A stretch of 61,275 bases of DNA, filler included, from Asterionella formosa (lineage: Eukaryota), in assembly GCA_002256025.1 (NCBI GenBank). It is 16 parts of 16 records of this genome, joined end to end, with 100 filler letters (N's around TTAATTAATTAA, not from the genome) between each part and the next. Parts side by side here need not be neighbours in the genome. Positions count along the whole stretch, not along the records: positions 34,565 to 38,301 come from NKIB01013942.1; positions 38,402 to 42,138 come from NKIB01013943.1; positions 42,239 to 45,970 come from NKIB01013944.1; positions 46,071 to 49,800 come from NKIB01013946.1; 12 more parts are not named here. One strand, 5' to 3'. Numbering within the stretch: position 1 is the stretch's first letter; each line of letters begins with the position of its first letter. A model generated the notes under the pieces. The model was given only the letters and a program-made list of their open reading frames with translations, did no database searches and was not told the DNA's origin. The position numbers were made by a program, and so were the translations under genes. This document shows positions 35,934 to 48,071 of the stretch, piece by piece.

Positions 35934-36866
35934 ATTGGAAATTTGACAAGTCTCAATTATCTAGACTTCTACCACAATGCTTTCACTGACACACTTCCCA
36001 CAGAAATTGGAAATTTGACAAGTCTCACTGATCTTTTGTTGAAATCCAATGCTTTCACTGTCACACTTCCCACAGAGATTGGAAATTTGACAAGTCTCAC
36101 TGATCTTTTGTTGAAATATGATGCTTTCAGAGGCACACTTCCCACAGAGATTGGAAATTTGACAAGTCTCACTGATCTTTTGTTGAAATTCAATGCTTCC
36201 ACTGGCACACTTCCCACAGAGATTGGTAATTTGACAAGTCTCAAATATCTAAATTTGGACAGCAATGGTTTCAATGGCACACTTCCCACAAAGATTGGAC
36301 TCTTGACAAGTCTCAATTATCTAAGCTTGTCTTACAATTCTTTCACTGGCGCAATTCCCACAAAGATTGGACTCATACTCATAGATCTATATTTGTCCTC
36401 AAATGCTTTTACTGGCAGAATTCCCACAGAGATTGTACTCTTGACAAGTCTCACTTATCTATCTTTGTACCCCAATGCTTTCACAAAGACACTTCCCACA
36501 GAGATTGGACTATTGACAAGTCTCAATTCTCTAAATTTCGATTATTTCAGTTGCACACTTCCCACAGAGATTGGACTCTTGACAAGTCTCTTTTCTCTTT
36601 ATTTCTATGACAATTATTTCAGTGGCAAACTTCCCACAATCATTGGACTCTTGACAATTCCCTATTATCTAGGCTTGTCATACACTACTACCTTAACTGG
36701 TACACTTCCCACAGGAATTGGACTATTGACAAGTCTCTTTTCTCTATCTTTGTCCAGCAATACTTTCACTGGCACATTTCCCACAGAGATTGGACTCTTG
36801 ACAAGTCTCAATTGTCTAGATTTGCATGACAATACTTTCAATGGCACACTTCCCACAGAGATTGGA
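35933..36866 (+). pseudogene. Plant-type 24-aa LRR array (about 13 repeats), right arm of an inversion
   Basis: Same 72-nt repeat on the opposite strand; no signal peptide or C-terminal cap; ends abruptly at a palindrome. Confidence 0.8.
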
Positions 36867-36879
36867 TTCGAGTGTCCAT

Positions 36880-37390
36880 TTAATTCAAAAATTTAAATGG
36901 ACACTCAAATCGTGGGAATTCATAGTAGGAAACTCCCTGTTCCACGCCGTTTTTACAACCCTAGCGATATTTTCTACGAACTAGGGTTAAGCCGGGGCTG
37001 CAACCTTGATGTTTAAATATCATTTTGTTTCTTTCAATTGGAACTCTCTTAATCTGGCACTGTTTCCTATTTAATTCAAAAATTTAAATGGACACTCAAA
37101 TCGTGGGAATTCATAGTAGGAAACTCCCTGTTCCATGCCGTTTTTACAACCCTAGCGATATTTTCTACGAACTAGGGTTAAGCCGGGGCTGCAACCTTGA
37201 TGTTTAAATATCATTTTGTTTCTTTCAATTGGAACTCTCTTAGTCTGGCAATGTTTCCTATTTAATTCAAATATTCAAATGGACACTCAAATAATGGGAG
37301 TTCATAGTAGAAAGCTCCCTGTTCCATGCCGTTTTTACAACCCTAGCGATATTTTATCCAAACTAGGGTTAAGCCGGGGCCGCAACCTTA
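36880..37390. repeat. 191-bp tandem repeat (about 2.7 copies)
   Basis: Units start at 36880, 37071 and 37262 (ttaattcaaa...); each has an AACCCTAG...CTAGGGTT inverted repeat. Confidence 0.95.
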
Positions 37391-37394
37391 AATG

Positions 37395-38110
37395 ATTATA
37401 TAGTACCAACTTCATGACTTGATTCTTCATGATATAGTACCAACTTCATGACTTGATTCTTCATGATTTACAGAACCAATTTCATGCCTTGATTCTACAT
37501 GATTAACTGCGTATCCCATCTTTAACATGACTTAATTCTGCATTATTTACTATGTACCAATTTCATGACTTGACACATACCAAATTCATGACTTATTTCT
37601 TCATGACTCACTACGTATCAACTTCATGACTTGACTCTTCATGATTTACAGTGCCAACTTCATGACTTGATTCTCCATGATTTATAGCACCAACTACATG
37701 ACTTGATTCTCGCTGTTTTACAGTAATAACTACACGACTTGATTCTCCATGATTTACAGTAACTTCATGACTTGATTCATCAGGATTTACTTCGTGACCC
37801 TTCTTCAACATGAGTTGATTCTCCATTATTAACTGTGTACCAACTTCATGACTTGATTCTTCATCATGTACTACGTACCATTTTTATGACTAGATTCTCC
37901 ATGATTTACAGTACCAACTTCATGACTTGATTCATCAGGATTTACTTCGTGACCCTTCTTTAACATGAGTTGATTCTCCATTTTTTACTATGTACCAACT
38001 TCATGACTTGATTCTTCATGATGTACTACGTACCATTTATATGACTTGATTCTTCATGATTTACCATGTCCAACTTCATGACTTGATTCTTCATGAAATA
38101 CTACGTGCTC
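37395..38110. repeat. Minisatellite with a 33-36 bp unit (about 20 degenerate copies)
   Basis: Consensus tacagtaccaacttcatgacttgattcttcatgatt; reads VGTVNHEESSHE on the - strand. Confidence 0.92.
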
Positions 38111-38401
38111 ACCATCGTCATGCCTTGATTTTCAGCAGGCACGTGTAAGAATGAACTATTGGTATGCCTGTATTTCTACTCTACATACAGTAATAAAAAT
38201 TGTTTTGCCTATTCTGTTACAAAAAAATCACACGTGGTTCTTTCATATGCTGTTTATAAATCAATTTCTCTCTGCTCATAAGTTTGAAACAGTCTCTAAA
38301 GNNNNNNNNNNNNNNNNNNNNNNNNNNNNNNNNNNNNNNNNNNNNTTAATTAATTAANNNNNNNNNNNNNNNNNNNNNNNNNNNNNNNNNNNNNNNNNNN
38401 N

Positions 38402-38654
38402 AACCAATTCTTAATGAGTGTAATCATTATCATCTTTGTTTTGTTTCTGTATCCGGCGATTTTAAAGTGAACACAAAACAAATACGACGAAGTCGTTGTA
38501 GCGATATCTGTTGAATGAGCATGTCTTTTATCGTCATCAAAGACCCTTCGTTGTTAACGAAAACATCAGCAGGAGTGATACTTGCAACCCACTGGTCATC
38601 CTGTTTCCTTGCTGCAGAGTAAGCTTCATTGTCCGAAGAATCAAATGATGCCAT
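38402..38654 (-). CDS. 5' fragment of a hypothetical protein (frameshifted, possibly transposon-borne)
   Basis: MASFDSSDNEAYSAARKQDDQWVASI...LRRIC runs toward the contig edge. Confidence 0.35.
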
Positions 38655-39061
38655 TGCGCAAGTCGTTTACAAGTGATGAAAAGCATTATTCCATGAGTAG
38701 CTAGTGATATTAAATTTCTTTTGCTGCTGAGAACCATTCCTCCTCCCAAAATTCATTTCTGTTGTTGCCATAAGAGATAAAAATGGTGTCTTTGTTGATT
38801 AATTTAATTACATGACATATATTAAATTTATAAAATTACTGTTGCTTAACGCTGTATCTGCAGCGATACACACAGATACACATTTCGGAGCAACAAAAAA
38901 TGTGTTGCTGGAAGCAATATATCACCCGGATATGTGAGATACCAAAAATTGGGCCAAGCAACATTATTTTTTTGATTTTTGTATCTCTGTTAAGATTGGC
39001 CCTGTTTTTTTAGTGTAATTTTACCCCAGCTTATGAATAGGTACCTGGGACCAGGTACCAG

Positions 39062-39212
39062 TATTTCCGTCTTCCCCTTGTTTTAATAGGAATTATGCCG
39101 TTCGTACTGTGAAACTGTACTCATTTCTACATGCATACTGTGGAACTGTAGGTTTGCCCTACCAGCATTCCTGTATTCCCCTTATTACAATAGAATATGG
39201 CGTTCGTCCTGT
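39062..39212. repeat. Dispersed copy of the ~110-bp repeat at 48072-48327
   Basis: Shares tactgtg(g/a)aactgtaggtttgccctaccagcattcc. Confidence 0.85.
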
Positions 39213-40779
39213 GAATATATTAAGAGTAACCATTGGCTGTGTCCTCTCCTTCTTGTCATATTTGTTTATTAGCTAAGGTCACACTTGTAGCATCAGAATT
39301 TGTCCCGACAAAGTAAGACTGCGTCAGGTTTTTTCGTGTAGATTGTAGGTTCTGTTGGTACAAAGATGAAGTCATGGCTGCGCCTGGATTTTTGACCCTC
39401 TGAATTCATAAAGACAACATTTAACCACCACTGCTGTGCATGAACTGTTTTCAACATGGGGACGACCGTTAAAACCAGCATCCACCTGCTTCTAGGCAAT
39501 CGATGATTTTAAGGTAGTAAGATTTATTTGCTTGCTATTTTTGCTTCATATCACCAAGCGAGGGATAACTCATACTGATATGCTGTTGTTTTCAACATTC
39601 ATTTGACATTTGAACAGGCCTTTTCAGAAAAGGAGTGTTCTTTGGAAAGCATGAGTGATAAAAGATTAAATGATACAATGTGGAGACCCGCAATGGAGGC
39701 CTTTAAGGTGAGCTTAATCTTCAGTTTTTGCCATTGTATTTGCATCAGCAAAGCGAGCGATAAATCACATGGTTCTAGTATTATTGTTCTCTACATTTAT
39801 TTTACATTTTAGCCATCACTTTCACAACAGGAGCATTCTTTTGAACGCATCAGTGAGTTGTGGTGCTGCCTGGCTGATGCCGGTTTGTTGTTTCAATTCG
39901 ACTGCCCCAAGGAACAGTTGAATACTACCACATCTGTGTGTTGCTTTCTGTTGTTGCTAGCTCTATCATATGAAATTGCTGACACATTGTTGTTATGTAA
40001 ATCTTTGCAGGTCAATGAAGCACGAAGTCATTTCAAGGACAAGAAGGAAGCCAGTGTGAAGCATTCCTGTTGCAATTTCGTATAATGATGCCTGCTCAAG
40101 AGTGAATAATTTTTCCCTTCTGAATGAACAGCTTCTCTTTGTCTTGCAATGTCCTTACAGATGTCTCATAATGCCTGCCTTCTAAAGACTGAAGATTCCA
40201 TTCTGATAGAACAGCTTTGTTTGATTGCATATCGAGATTTGTTTCCCATGTAATGTGAAAGACTGGTAGTTGAATTAGTAGTCAACATTATTTGATAGTA
40301 CTTTTAAATTGAAAGTAAAAATTTAAATGTATCCTGGTTGAATCATCACTTTGTGAGCCAACAAAGGAAACAATCATTATATCAGACAATGTGTATGTTG
40401 CATCACTGACCAGATAAAACCTCTATTGAATACTGCAACTCGATCGAAAATGGAAGTTCATTCAAAAGCTACTAGGTCACTGCATTGTACCAGTGCAATC
40501 GCACCAAAATAAATTAATAAATAGTGAGTCAGGATCACAAAGCCTGGACAGCAATTCCATAAGTCATGAAGTGACCGGAAAATGAAACGGGGTTATGCCA
40601 CTTTCAACTAAAGTTGGGCGGTTGATGGTGATAAGAACGTCCCTTAGAAGGATTGAAAATGGAGAAGTGAACGGAACTTAACCATGATATGATAAGGGCA
40701 CATGCCAGAATGATCAATTGTTGGGTTCAGAAAGACTAAATGATTGCTTCCTATCCTAGCAATTCAAAAGCACATTTAG

Positions 40780-41450
40780 CATTCAGTGGACACAACTAAT
40801 GTTGACAAATAATTGTAATGCTCTTGTTGGATCAATGAAAAACTGTTAAAACATCACTGACACCACATGCGTGTTTTTCAATCTTTTTCAACCGCTCATC
40901 TTGCAATTGGTGGGAAAACACCCATGTCGACAAAACAAATTGGTAAGTGCTCTCGTTGGATCAAGAATGCTCAATGTTAGAATATAACTATTGACACATG
41001 CATGTTTTTTACCTTTCAGGATAATTTTACTCAAACAGTTTTGTTGTAAATTATAAATGAAAATTAGTGGAACGATTTATTGAAGTGTACTTATGCGATT
41101 CGACTAACACATTAGTTTACTGAATTATGCGAAAAGTTCGTCGATTTCTGGGAAGTGAAGCATGATAAAATGCAACTGCAATGTTGAAAGGTTTAAACAT
41201 AACATGGCTAACAAGTAATTCAACCTTATTGTTCTTCTTAAGGATTCAACATGGATAAAACGATAGAAAAGCGCACGCGAATTCAGAATCGGAGCAAAAG
41301 TCTTGGGAGAGGCAGAAGTCAGTCAGATGAGTTTCATAATCAAAGTGAAAAGGGAGGCGGAAGGCATACATATAGAAGGGTATTGAAGGGAAGCGGGAGG
41401 GAGGAGACATCAAGAGCATTGAGACAATAGAAAAGGGGAACATTGTGTAA
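40780..41450 (+). pseudogene. Distant relative of the intron-containing gene in the 818-3744 / 19945-22450 repeat
   Basis: gacaaaa.aaat.GGTAAGTGCT...tgacacat..atgt...CTTTCAG|gataat...caaacagt is shared with 21589-21710. Exon junction reads VDKTNW|DNFTQTV here and VDKRNR|DNGRQTV in copy A (1620-1745). Confidence 0.55.
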
Positions 41451-42238
41451 CCGCACAGAATATAGAAATATAAAAATCATTTCTAGATAAAGCGTGCAGT
41501 AGTCTGGCCAAGAAATTAAAACAGCATACAAAAAAAATTTCTACTTTCTTCACTGGTTGAAAAACGAGATGAGGGATTTAAACTACCCAGAGCAAAAGAG
41601 CACCATCTTTTCTTTCCGACTCCCTTCGAGAGTAGCATTAAAGCGCAAAAAAAGCAATGCAGTTTACCAATAAATGTACGAAACAATCATTAATGCCTTG
41701 CTGTGAAAGTTGTATACGGTGACTTGAGATGAATAAGGACATCATAAATGTCTTAACTGAACAGCATCAAATTCATTTTTGCTGTTAATATTGTGATGAC
41801 AAGCCACCTTAAGATAGTTCTCAAGCATTTCCATCGGTCATTAGGTCATTGCTTTCTATATTCAAGTATTCATGAGCTGTCTTTTTTCTAGAAGGCAAAT
41901 TCCCCATAAATTTATTTATAAAGTTTATTCAGCACCAGCAAAATTGCAACATCACTGTCGTGCATTAGGCAGTAATATAAGCAGTCCACATTCGGATAAT
42001 ACAGTGGCTGGGGATGAACCAGGAATAATTGGTAGAATACAACATAATAACAGCTGTTGCAAAACTGATAGTAACAATTTACTACAATGTCTGTTTTGAA
42101 AAATCTGCAATCACAATCCAGCAGCACGCCAAATAAAANNNNNNNNNNNNNNNNNNNNNNNNNNNNNNNNNNNNNNNNNNNNTTAATTAATTAANNNNNN
42201 NNNNNNNNNNNNNNNNNNNNNNNNNNNNNNNNNNNNNN

Positions 42239-42816
42239 ATTGTGGACACGATATTTCTTGGAAGCTCAAGGGTATGACGTTAAAGATTCAATTATATTCC
42301 AGGATAATCAGAGCGCAATACTGTTGGAAAAGAATGGCAAGGCATCGAGCAGCAAAAGAACTCGCCATATTAACATCAGATACTTTTTTGTCACTGATCG
42401 TATTGAGGCAAAAGATGTGTCAGTTCAATACTGCCCCACACAAGAGATGGTTGCAGATTTTTTTACAAAGCCACTACAGGGAGCCCTTTTCCAGAAATTT
42501 AGAAACGAGATTATGAATGTTGATCCAGCAACTGTTAGCTTCCAGGATCACAGGAGTGTGTTAAGAAATATGGACGTACAAGATACAGACGATGAATGGA
42601 TTAAAGTACAAGGAAAGAAAAAGAAGAAAGAAGCCACGTCCACAGTGAAGGCTACGTGGCTGAACGAGTAGGTATATTTACATAGTTAATATGAGTTCTG
42701 CTCATTCTTTACTAATTATCGGGTTTACATCGATAAAGCCTCCCCTGTAGACTGTCTTCTGTCCATTGTTGTCTTACAGATACAATAGAATACAGTCCGA
42801 ACTTGTGGATTTAACA
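42239..42816 (+). mobile_element. Ty1/copia 3' end: RNase H C-terminus, PPT and 3' LTR
   Basis: IFQDNQSAILLEKNG...SSKRTRHINIRYFF...MVADFFTKPLQG, followed by gatcacaggagtg and then the LTR. Confidence 0.93.
42559..42816 (+). repeat. Putative 258-bp LTR
   Basis: Begins TGTTAA immediately after the purine-rich caggagtg and ends TTAACA (6-bp terminal inverted repeat). Confidence 0.75.
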
Positions 42817-44416
42817 CCTAGATCAAAATCATCTTTGTTTGAAGGGTGAAGTTGTTCTGGGTGATTCAACAGTAGATAATTAACGCAATATGCATAGAAA
42901 TCGACTAGTCTTGCATTGTTCTGTCAACTTTGGAACAACAGCATTCGTATGAGGTCGTAGCACATCCTGCTATTGCTTGTTTCTTGCAATTGTATAAACT
43001 GTGGGTTTTGGCAAATTAAGTGCGGATGCTAGCTTACAATACGTAGTGCGCTTCTGAAAAGGAATTTCCTTTATAGCTGCAATAATGTCATCACGATTAT
43101 ATTTTGATGAGAACCGGACCTGTATTTGCAGGAAAGCCAGGAAGCAAAATTTTCACTATCCTCTAAATAGTGAGAGGCGAGCGCGCGATTGCTGGGTACA
43201 TATTTTTCACTTGAAAGAGAGTCAGATCCAGAATCAATGTCATTGAACTCAATATCGTCAATACAAATTTCAAAAGTAAGTGAAAATTGTTGTCAGCAAA
43301 TACTAGCATGTTTGAGTTCAACTGTATGAATGAATGGCGGGGGGTTTTGCAATGCGTAGGTATGGAATGATGTGGGATGGAATGGAAGCAAACTGTTAAA
43401 ATTTGGATTATGGAAACAATACTGACAATAAACTGTTGACATACTTAAGGGCAATGTAGTTGCGAATTGCGCACCGATAGCTAGTTTGTGAATTGCCTAC
43501 TAGTTAAGATATTACTCACGAGGAGTCTGTCTACTTGTAATCTTGTGTACTCGAATTGGGAGACCCTCACAGTTGTTAGACCTTCTCGCAACGCTGGGGG
43601 CACTGCTTGCTTGGTCAACCTACTTGCGCCTCCAAAGCCTCAAACACAAAAATACTTGCAGGCAGTCTCCACCCTTGTTCATGTCTTACCTTCAGTAGGC
43701 TACAACAACATCGCTCCTTGACAGAATCTCCGCCATGCTATTCGCCGTCATTGTCTGTGTATCAATCCAACACCCAGCCAGAATTAGCAACAGTGAGCAA
43801 AAATTGAAGGCTTGTTCCAATTGCGCACTGCTAAAGGGAGAATTATGGATGATTTATACGTTGCAGAAAGGGGGAGTGAACATTCTTTAAAAATTGTGTG
43901 ACAAATGGTGTCAACAGTTGGATTTGAGAAGAAAAAAGCACTCAATGGTACTAGGGACGGAGTCCAGAATGATGGAGCTTTTAAGCTTTGCTTAGCTCAC
44001 TCCCCTCTGGCAACGCTGCCAAGGTCATCGCCCTAAAGTCTGCATGAAGTAAGACTAAATCCATTGGATATGTTCAGTCTGGGATCAACATTTAATTGTG
44101 AAACTATACAACCCATTAGGACTTAACAAAGGTGCTCGTGAAATGGTGTCTTGCATTCTAGGCTAAGTCTTGGATTTCTTAACCGATTTCGAGTGCTCAC
44201 ACGGCCTAGAACAGCGTTATTTTGTTATCATACTTGGCTAGGGGGCAGCTACCAGTTATAAAGGCGCAAACTGGTGAAATGGATGCCTTGAGCATACATA
44301 TTGGTAAGAAAGGTCCGGTGGAAAGACTATTAGTGCGATGTCTAGTAAACAATCACCTCACACTAAAATTTATAAAAATTGAAGTTTGATCTTGCTTAGG
44401 CATGAAAATGAAACAG

Positions 44417-45145
44417 TTAGATGGATGCAAGACTTCCAAATGCACCCTGAGCAGCAACGTGCGTCTCTTGTGTCCAGCAACATGGAGGTTGTTGTGTCAA
44501 ATACCAGTAAGTATTAGCGATTCCCTCTGGGTCCAAGATTTCATTATCTGGCTTATTTCCAACATGATCTCTAAAAGTACGAGTCTTGACAACTCCATCA
44601 ATAATAACATGAAAAACATGAATCCCCTTCGACGGACCAAGATCTCTTGCCAAGGCCTGAGCAAGTCCACGAGTTGCCATCTTGCTCGATGCAAATGCAG
44701 GTGTAATCTGCATTCCTCTCCAAGATGCACTAGCTCCAGTGATGCCAATAGATCCACCCCACTCCATAGACGGTAGAACAGCCTTGGTCCATGAAAACAA
44801 TCCAGCAGTGCCGACTCTCCAGCACATTTCAAACTCCTCCAAGGACGTATCTTCAAACTTCTTGAAGATACCTGCAGCAGCGTTGTACATTAAAGCATCA
44901 ATTTTCCCTCCCATGTCTCTCTTGATGGCGTCAACAGTGATAACCACTTCTTCTGGATTTCCTGCATCGCAAATGTATGATTTCGAGTTGGGAATTTGCT
45001 CCTCAAGGGACGTGAGATCGGAACGAGCAACCATCGCGACGTTGTAGCCCTCCGCAGAAAATTTCTTAGCAATGTGATCTCCAATTCCGCCTCTGCCGAG
45101 ACCGACAATGATGCAACACTTCTTATCAGTAGCAAATGATGGCAT
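44417..45145 (-). CDS. Short-chain dehydrogenase/reductase (SDR) with atypical active site
   Basis: Rossmann motif IIVGLGRGGIG, YNAAAG, TGASAS, FASSK in place of YxxxK, GIHVFHVIIDG. Complete 242 aa. Confidence 0.93.
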   Translation of the reverse strand: MPSFATDKKCCIIVGLGRGGIGDHIAKKFSAEGYNVAMVARSDLTSLEEQIPNSKSYICDAGNPEEVVITVDAIKRDMGGKIDALMYNAAAGIFKKFEDTSLEEFEMCWRVGTAGLFSWTKAVLPSMEWGGSIGITGASASWRGMQITPAFASSKMATRGLAQALARDLGPSKGIHVFHVIIDGVVKTRTFRDHVGNKPDNEILDPEGIANTYWYLTQQPPCCWTQETHVAAQGAFGSLASI

Positions 45146-45419
45146 GGTTCGATTTAAAAGGGAAAGGGATGAAATGAGTGAGATAAAGGAACAAGATGAT
45201 CTCAGCCAGTGACAGTATTTGTTTGTACATATCTAACTTGACGATGGCCAGTTCGCTTGTTCAGTATCAGCAAAAGATTTGACATGGATTGTCCTTCGCA
45301 GTGTTCGCAAAGATGAATCTTTTCGAAGAACATCATCGAACATCCTGTTGTTCATACATACATACTAGCTGCAAAGTTCAAATACATCAATCATATCATA
45401 CCACCTCCTGCAGTCGTAA

Positions 45420-45860
45420 ATATACCCTGCTACCAGGTGGTACCACCACCCGCTGTTATTAGAAGCAAAACGGCTAACAAATGAACAGTGCTCCTGGTGC
45501 CAGGGGTACCAGGTTGCCTGGTAGGTAGTACCGGTGTACCACATGCCAGGTACTGGTAACTTCAATCCAAGTGAATGATACGCGTATGTCTTGATGGACA
45601 TGATCCACATTTTCAGTACATAGAGGATATGTTTATACCCTACTACCGGGTAATATATTACAGCAATGGTAATACCGGTAGTTTAGAAATACATATTGGT
45701 AACACCCGTACAAATACATCTCATGTGCACGCAAAAATGTGTCAAACAGAGGGTCGGCATGCCATCAGTAGTGATCATGAATACGTACCGGTATATCATA
45801 TGTGTGGACATGGCGGTATGAACCATGTACCAGGTACCTGGTACCGGTATGTATCCGAAA
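45420..45860. promoter_or_regulatory. GGTACC-rich cluster in a divergent intergenic region
   Basis: Many taccaggt/ggtacc/taccggta motifs between the SDR (-) and ATG 45911 (+). Function inferred only. Confidence 0.35.
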
Positions 45861-45910
45861 CCCATCTCCACTGGACATCACATCCAATCTTCCCCACCTC
45901 CACCGTTACA

Positions 45911-45970
45911 ATGAAATCAATTGTCCTCGTCCTCCTGGCTGCCTTGACGCATGATCATGTCTCGGCCTTT
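45911..45970 (+). CDS. 5' fragment of a probable plastid-targeted protein
   Basis: MKSIVLVLLAALTHDHVSAF is a signal peptide ending in the xSA-F cleavage motif of diatom bipartite targeting sequences. Confidence 0.7.
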
Positions 45971-46970
45971 NNNNNNNNNNNNNNNNNNNNNNNNNNNNNN
46001 NNNNNNNNNNNNNNTTAATTAATTAANNNNNNNNNNNNNNNNNNNNNNNNNNNNNNNNNNNNNNNNNNNNCTCTTCCTCTTTTTTGAATCTTGTGCCAAG
46101 CCTTGTGCAAAACAATGCCTTACTAATGTTGCATCTCTCTCCCTGCTCTCAGTGTCATTCTGAACTCGCCGACTATTCCGTTTGATCTGTTCTATTGTCC
46201 TATGCAGTTACAGTAACAATGAGAAGGAATGACTTGTTAGCTGGACATGTTACACTGACACAACATCACGCCATTCCATCATATCCTCTTGTTTGCTTCA
46301 CTTACCACAGCCAAATCAAAGCAAGTAATGTATAAGTCTGTAATAATAAATTGTCAGTAAATTCTTGAATAAGTAAATTTCAGGTATCCGATGTTGCTGA
46401 ATAAAACGTACCGATTCATTTTTGTTAGCTTAACTTTGAGAGAAGGTAAGCGTGGCGTGTCTGTCAGGTATGTTCCATCAGAAGTGAATAAGTCCAATGA
46501 CAAGAGCACTTACCAATTTTGTTTTGTTTCACATTGGTGCTCCCCAACAAGCAAAATGAGCTGTTGAATCAACTGAGAAAAAAGGAAATGTGCCTTTAAT
46601 TTACAATTTGTTGTTGTCCTGCCTCCCAACAATTGTCATCCAAGTACCACATTGATGGCTTCATTACCTTGAACAAACGCCATCCTTTGAAGGCACAATT
46701 TTTCAAAGCCACAATGTGTTTTGTTATTGCATAAACTTTCCTTTCCTGTCATGTGCTTTACTACAATATTTCTTTTCATGAAGCAGGCAGAACAATTTCA
46801 AAAAAATAAATATGCCATGAATATAGTTATAAAATTTGTAAATATATAAATATATCAAGTGTTGTACATTTATAAAAATCAATTCTGATTTTAGTGGCTG
46901 AAATTGAATGACGCTACCATTATAAACAACCGGTAATATCGGTACTACCAATGCATACTACATATTAATC

Positions 46971-47359
46971 ATGTCAACAGCCGCCGAGATGGGGAGTTGC
47001 TTGGACTGAATGCTTCCAGCAATGGGCGCTCATGTGAGCAATATGAATGCTGCGGGAAAGCGGTTATGGCTGATGATGTGATCGGGTTCAAGCTGGCTGT
47101 TGTGGAGGATGTATTGGGCAAAACATTGGAGACAATCAAGGCTGTCCTCATCAAAGATGGCACGTAACTTTGCACAGTTGGGTTTCTGGGCAGAGAAGCT
47201 GCAGCATTGCCTTCACAACGGAGCAAGTACATCGACAAGTTTGCGCAGGTGCTAGAACTGTATGATGACAATGAAAATTCTATGATGAACAAGAAGAGCA
47301 AGAGGAATGCCGGAATGGCTTCATTCCGCTTGATGGAGGATATTCAAGGCCAGGAGTAG
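46971..47359 (+). pseudogene. Small Cys-motif protein (possibly HIRAN-like), disrupted
   Basis: Not shown in the ORF track. Manual translation: GELLGLNASSNGRSCEQYECCGKAV..D.I.FKL...IKAVLIKDGT*LCTVGFLGRE...FAQVLELYDD...RNAGMASFRL. Frameshift after the ATG and TAA at 47165. Confidence 0.6.
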
Positions 47360-47662
47360 ATTCGATTGTAGCAGTCCTCAATAACGATGTAGAAATGCAT
47401 TCTATACTATTAATTATAATAATGTAGAACAGTAAATAGACTCTAGAGTCATTTCCTTTAGCATTTATAGTGATTCACGTCAACTGTAGTTCTACTAGCT
47501 TCAACATGAAAAATCAAATCGAAAATTACGACTTAAGCTGTTTAACATTAATGCTATGGAAATGCTTCTACAAATCAATAATATAACAATAGAGCATGCT
47601 TAAACAGACTATAAAGTTATATTTCTAGTCACATGCTACACTTTTTGAATAAAAAAAAGTCA

Positions 47663-47857
47663 TCAATCGCTTGCAATGTAACCAACCGCATTCCAAGTGT
47701 TAAAAATTGTTGATTGTGACACCTTCAGCCAAGCTGTCCAAACCCACTGAGCGACATCCTGCCGCTTCACCTTTGTACCATGAGGATGGGCGACCATCCA
47801 GTCCTCATAGGCATTCCTAACAAAACCCTTAAAGGGCTTGTTAATCACAAATTTCAT
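47663..47857 (-). mobile_element. pogo/Tigger-like (DDE_1) transposase C-terminal remnant
   Basis: VINKPFKGFVRNAYEDW...RQDVAQWVWTAW..V...TIFNTW is the typical tail after the QPLD motif. Confidence 0.8.
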
Positions 47858-48071
47858 AAATTAATCCATCCTGTTCCATCATGTTGCACTAAGAACAACG
47901 AAAACTTTTGACTACGACCACAACAGTGGTGCCTCCAACCAAAAACCCAGAAACTGAACAAGAACTTAGATCGTCTGATTGGCTGGAGTCACTTAGAAAA
48001 GATGTCGAAAGTAGTATGAGCATAAATTTAGTTAGATTACTAGGCACCAACATCTATGAATAAAATTTGCA

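Noticed and set aside
35736..36896. 386-aa ORF as one real protein
   Set aside because: Its N-terminus is the antisense of the inverted LRR arm and its C-terminus runs into a satellite.
37395..38110. Minisatellite as a CRISPR array
   Set aside because: Units are contiguous and degenerate with no unique spacers, there are no cas genes, and the context is eukaryotic.
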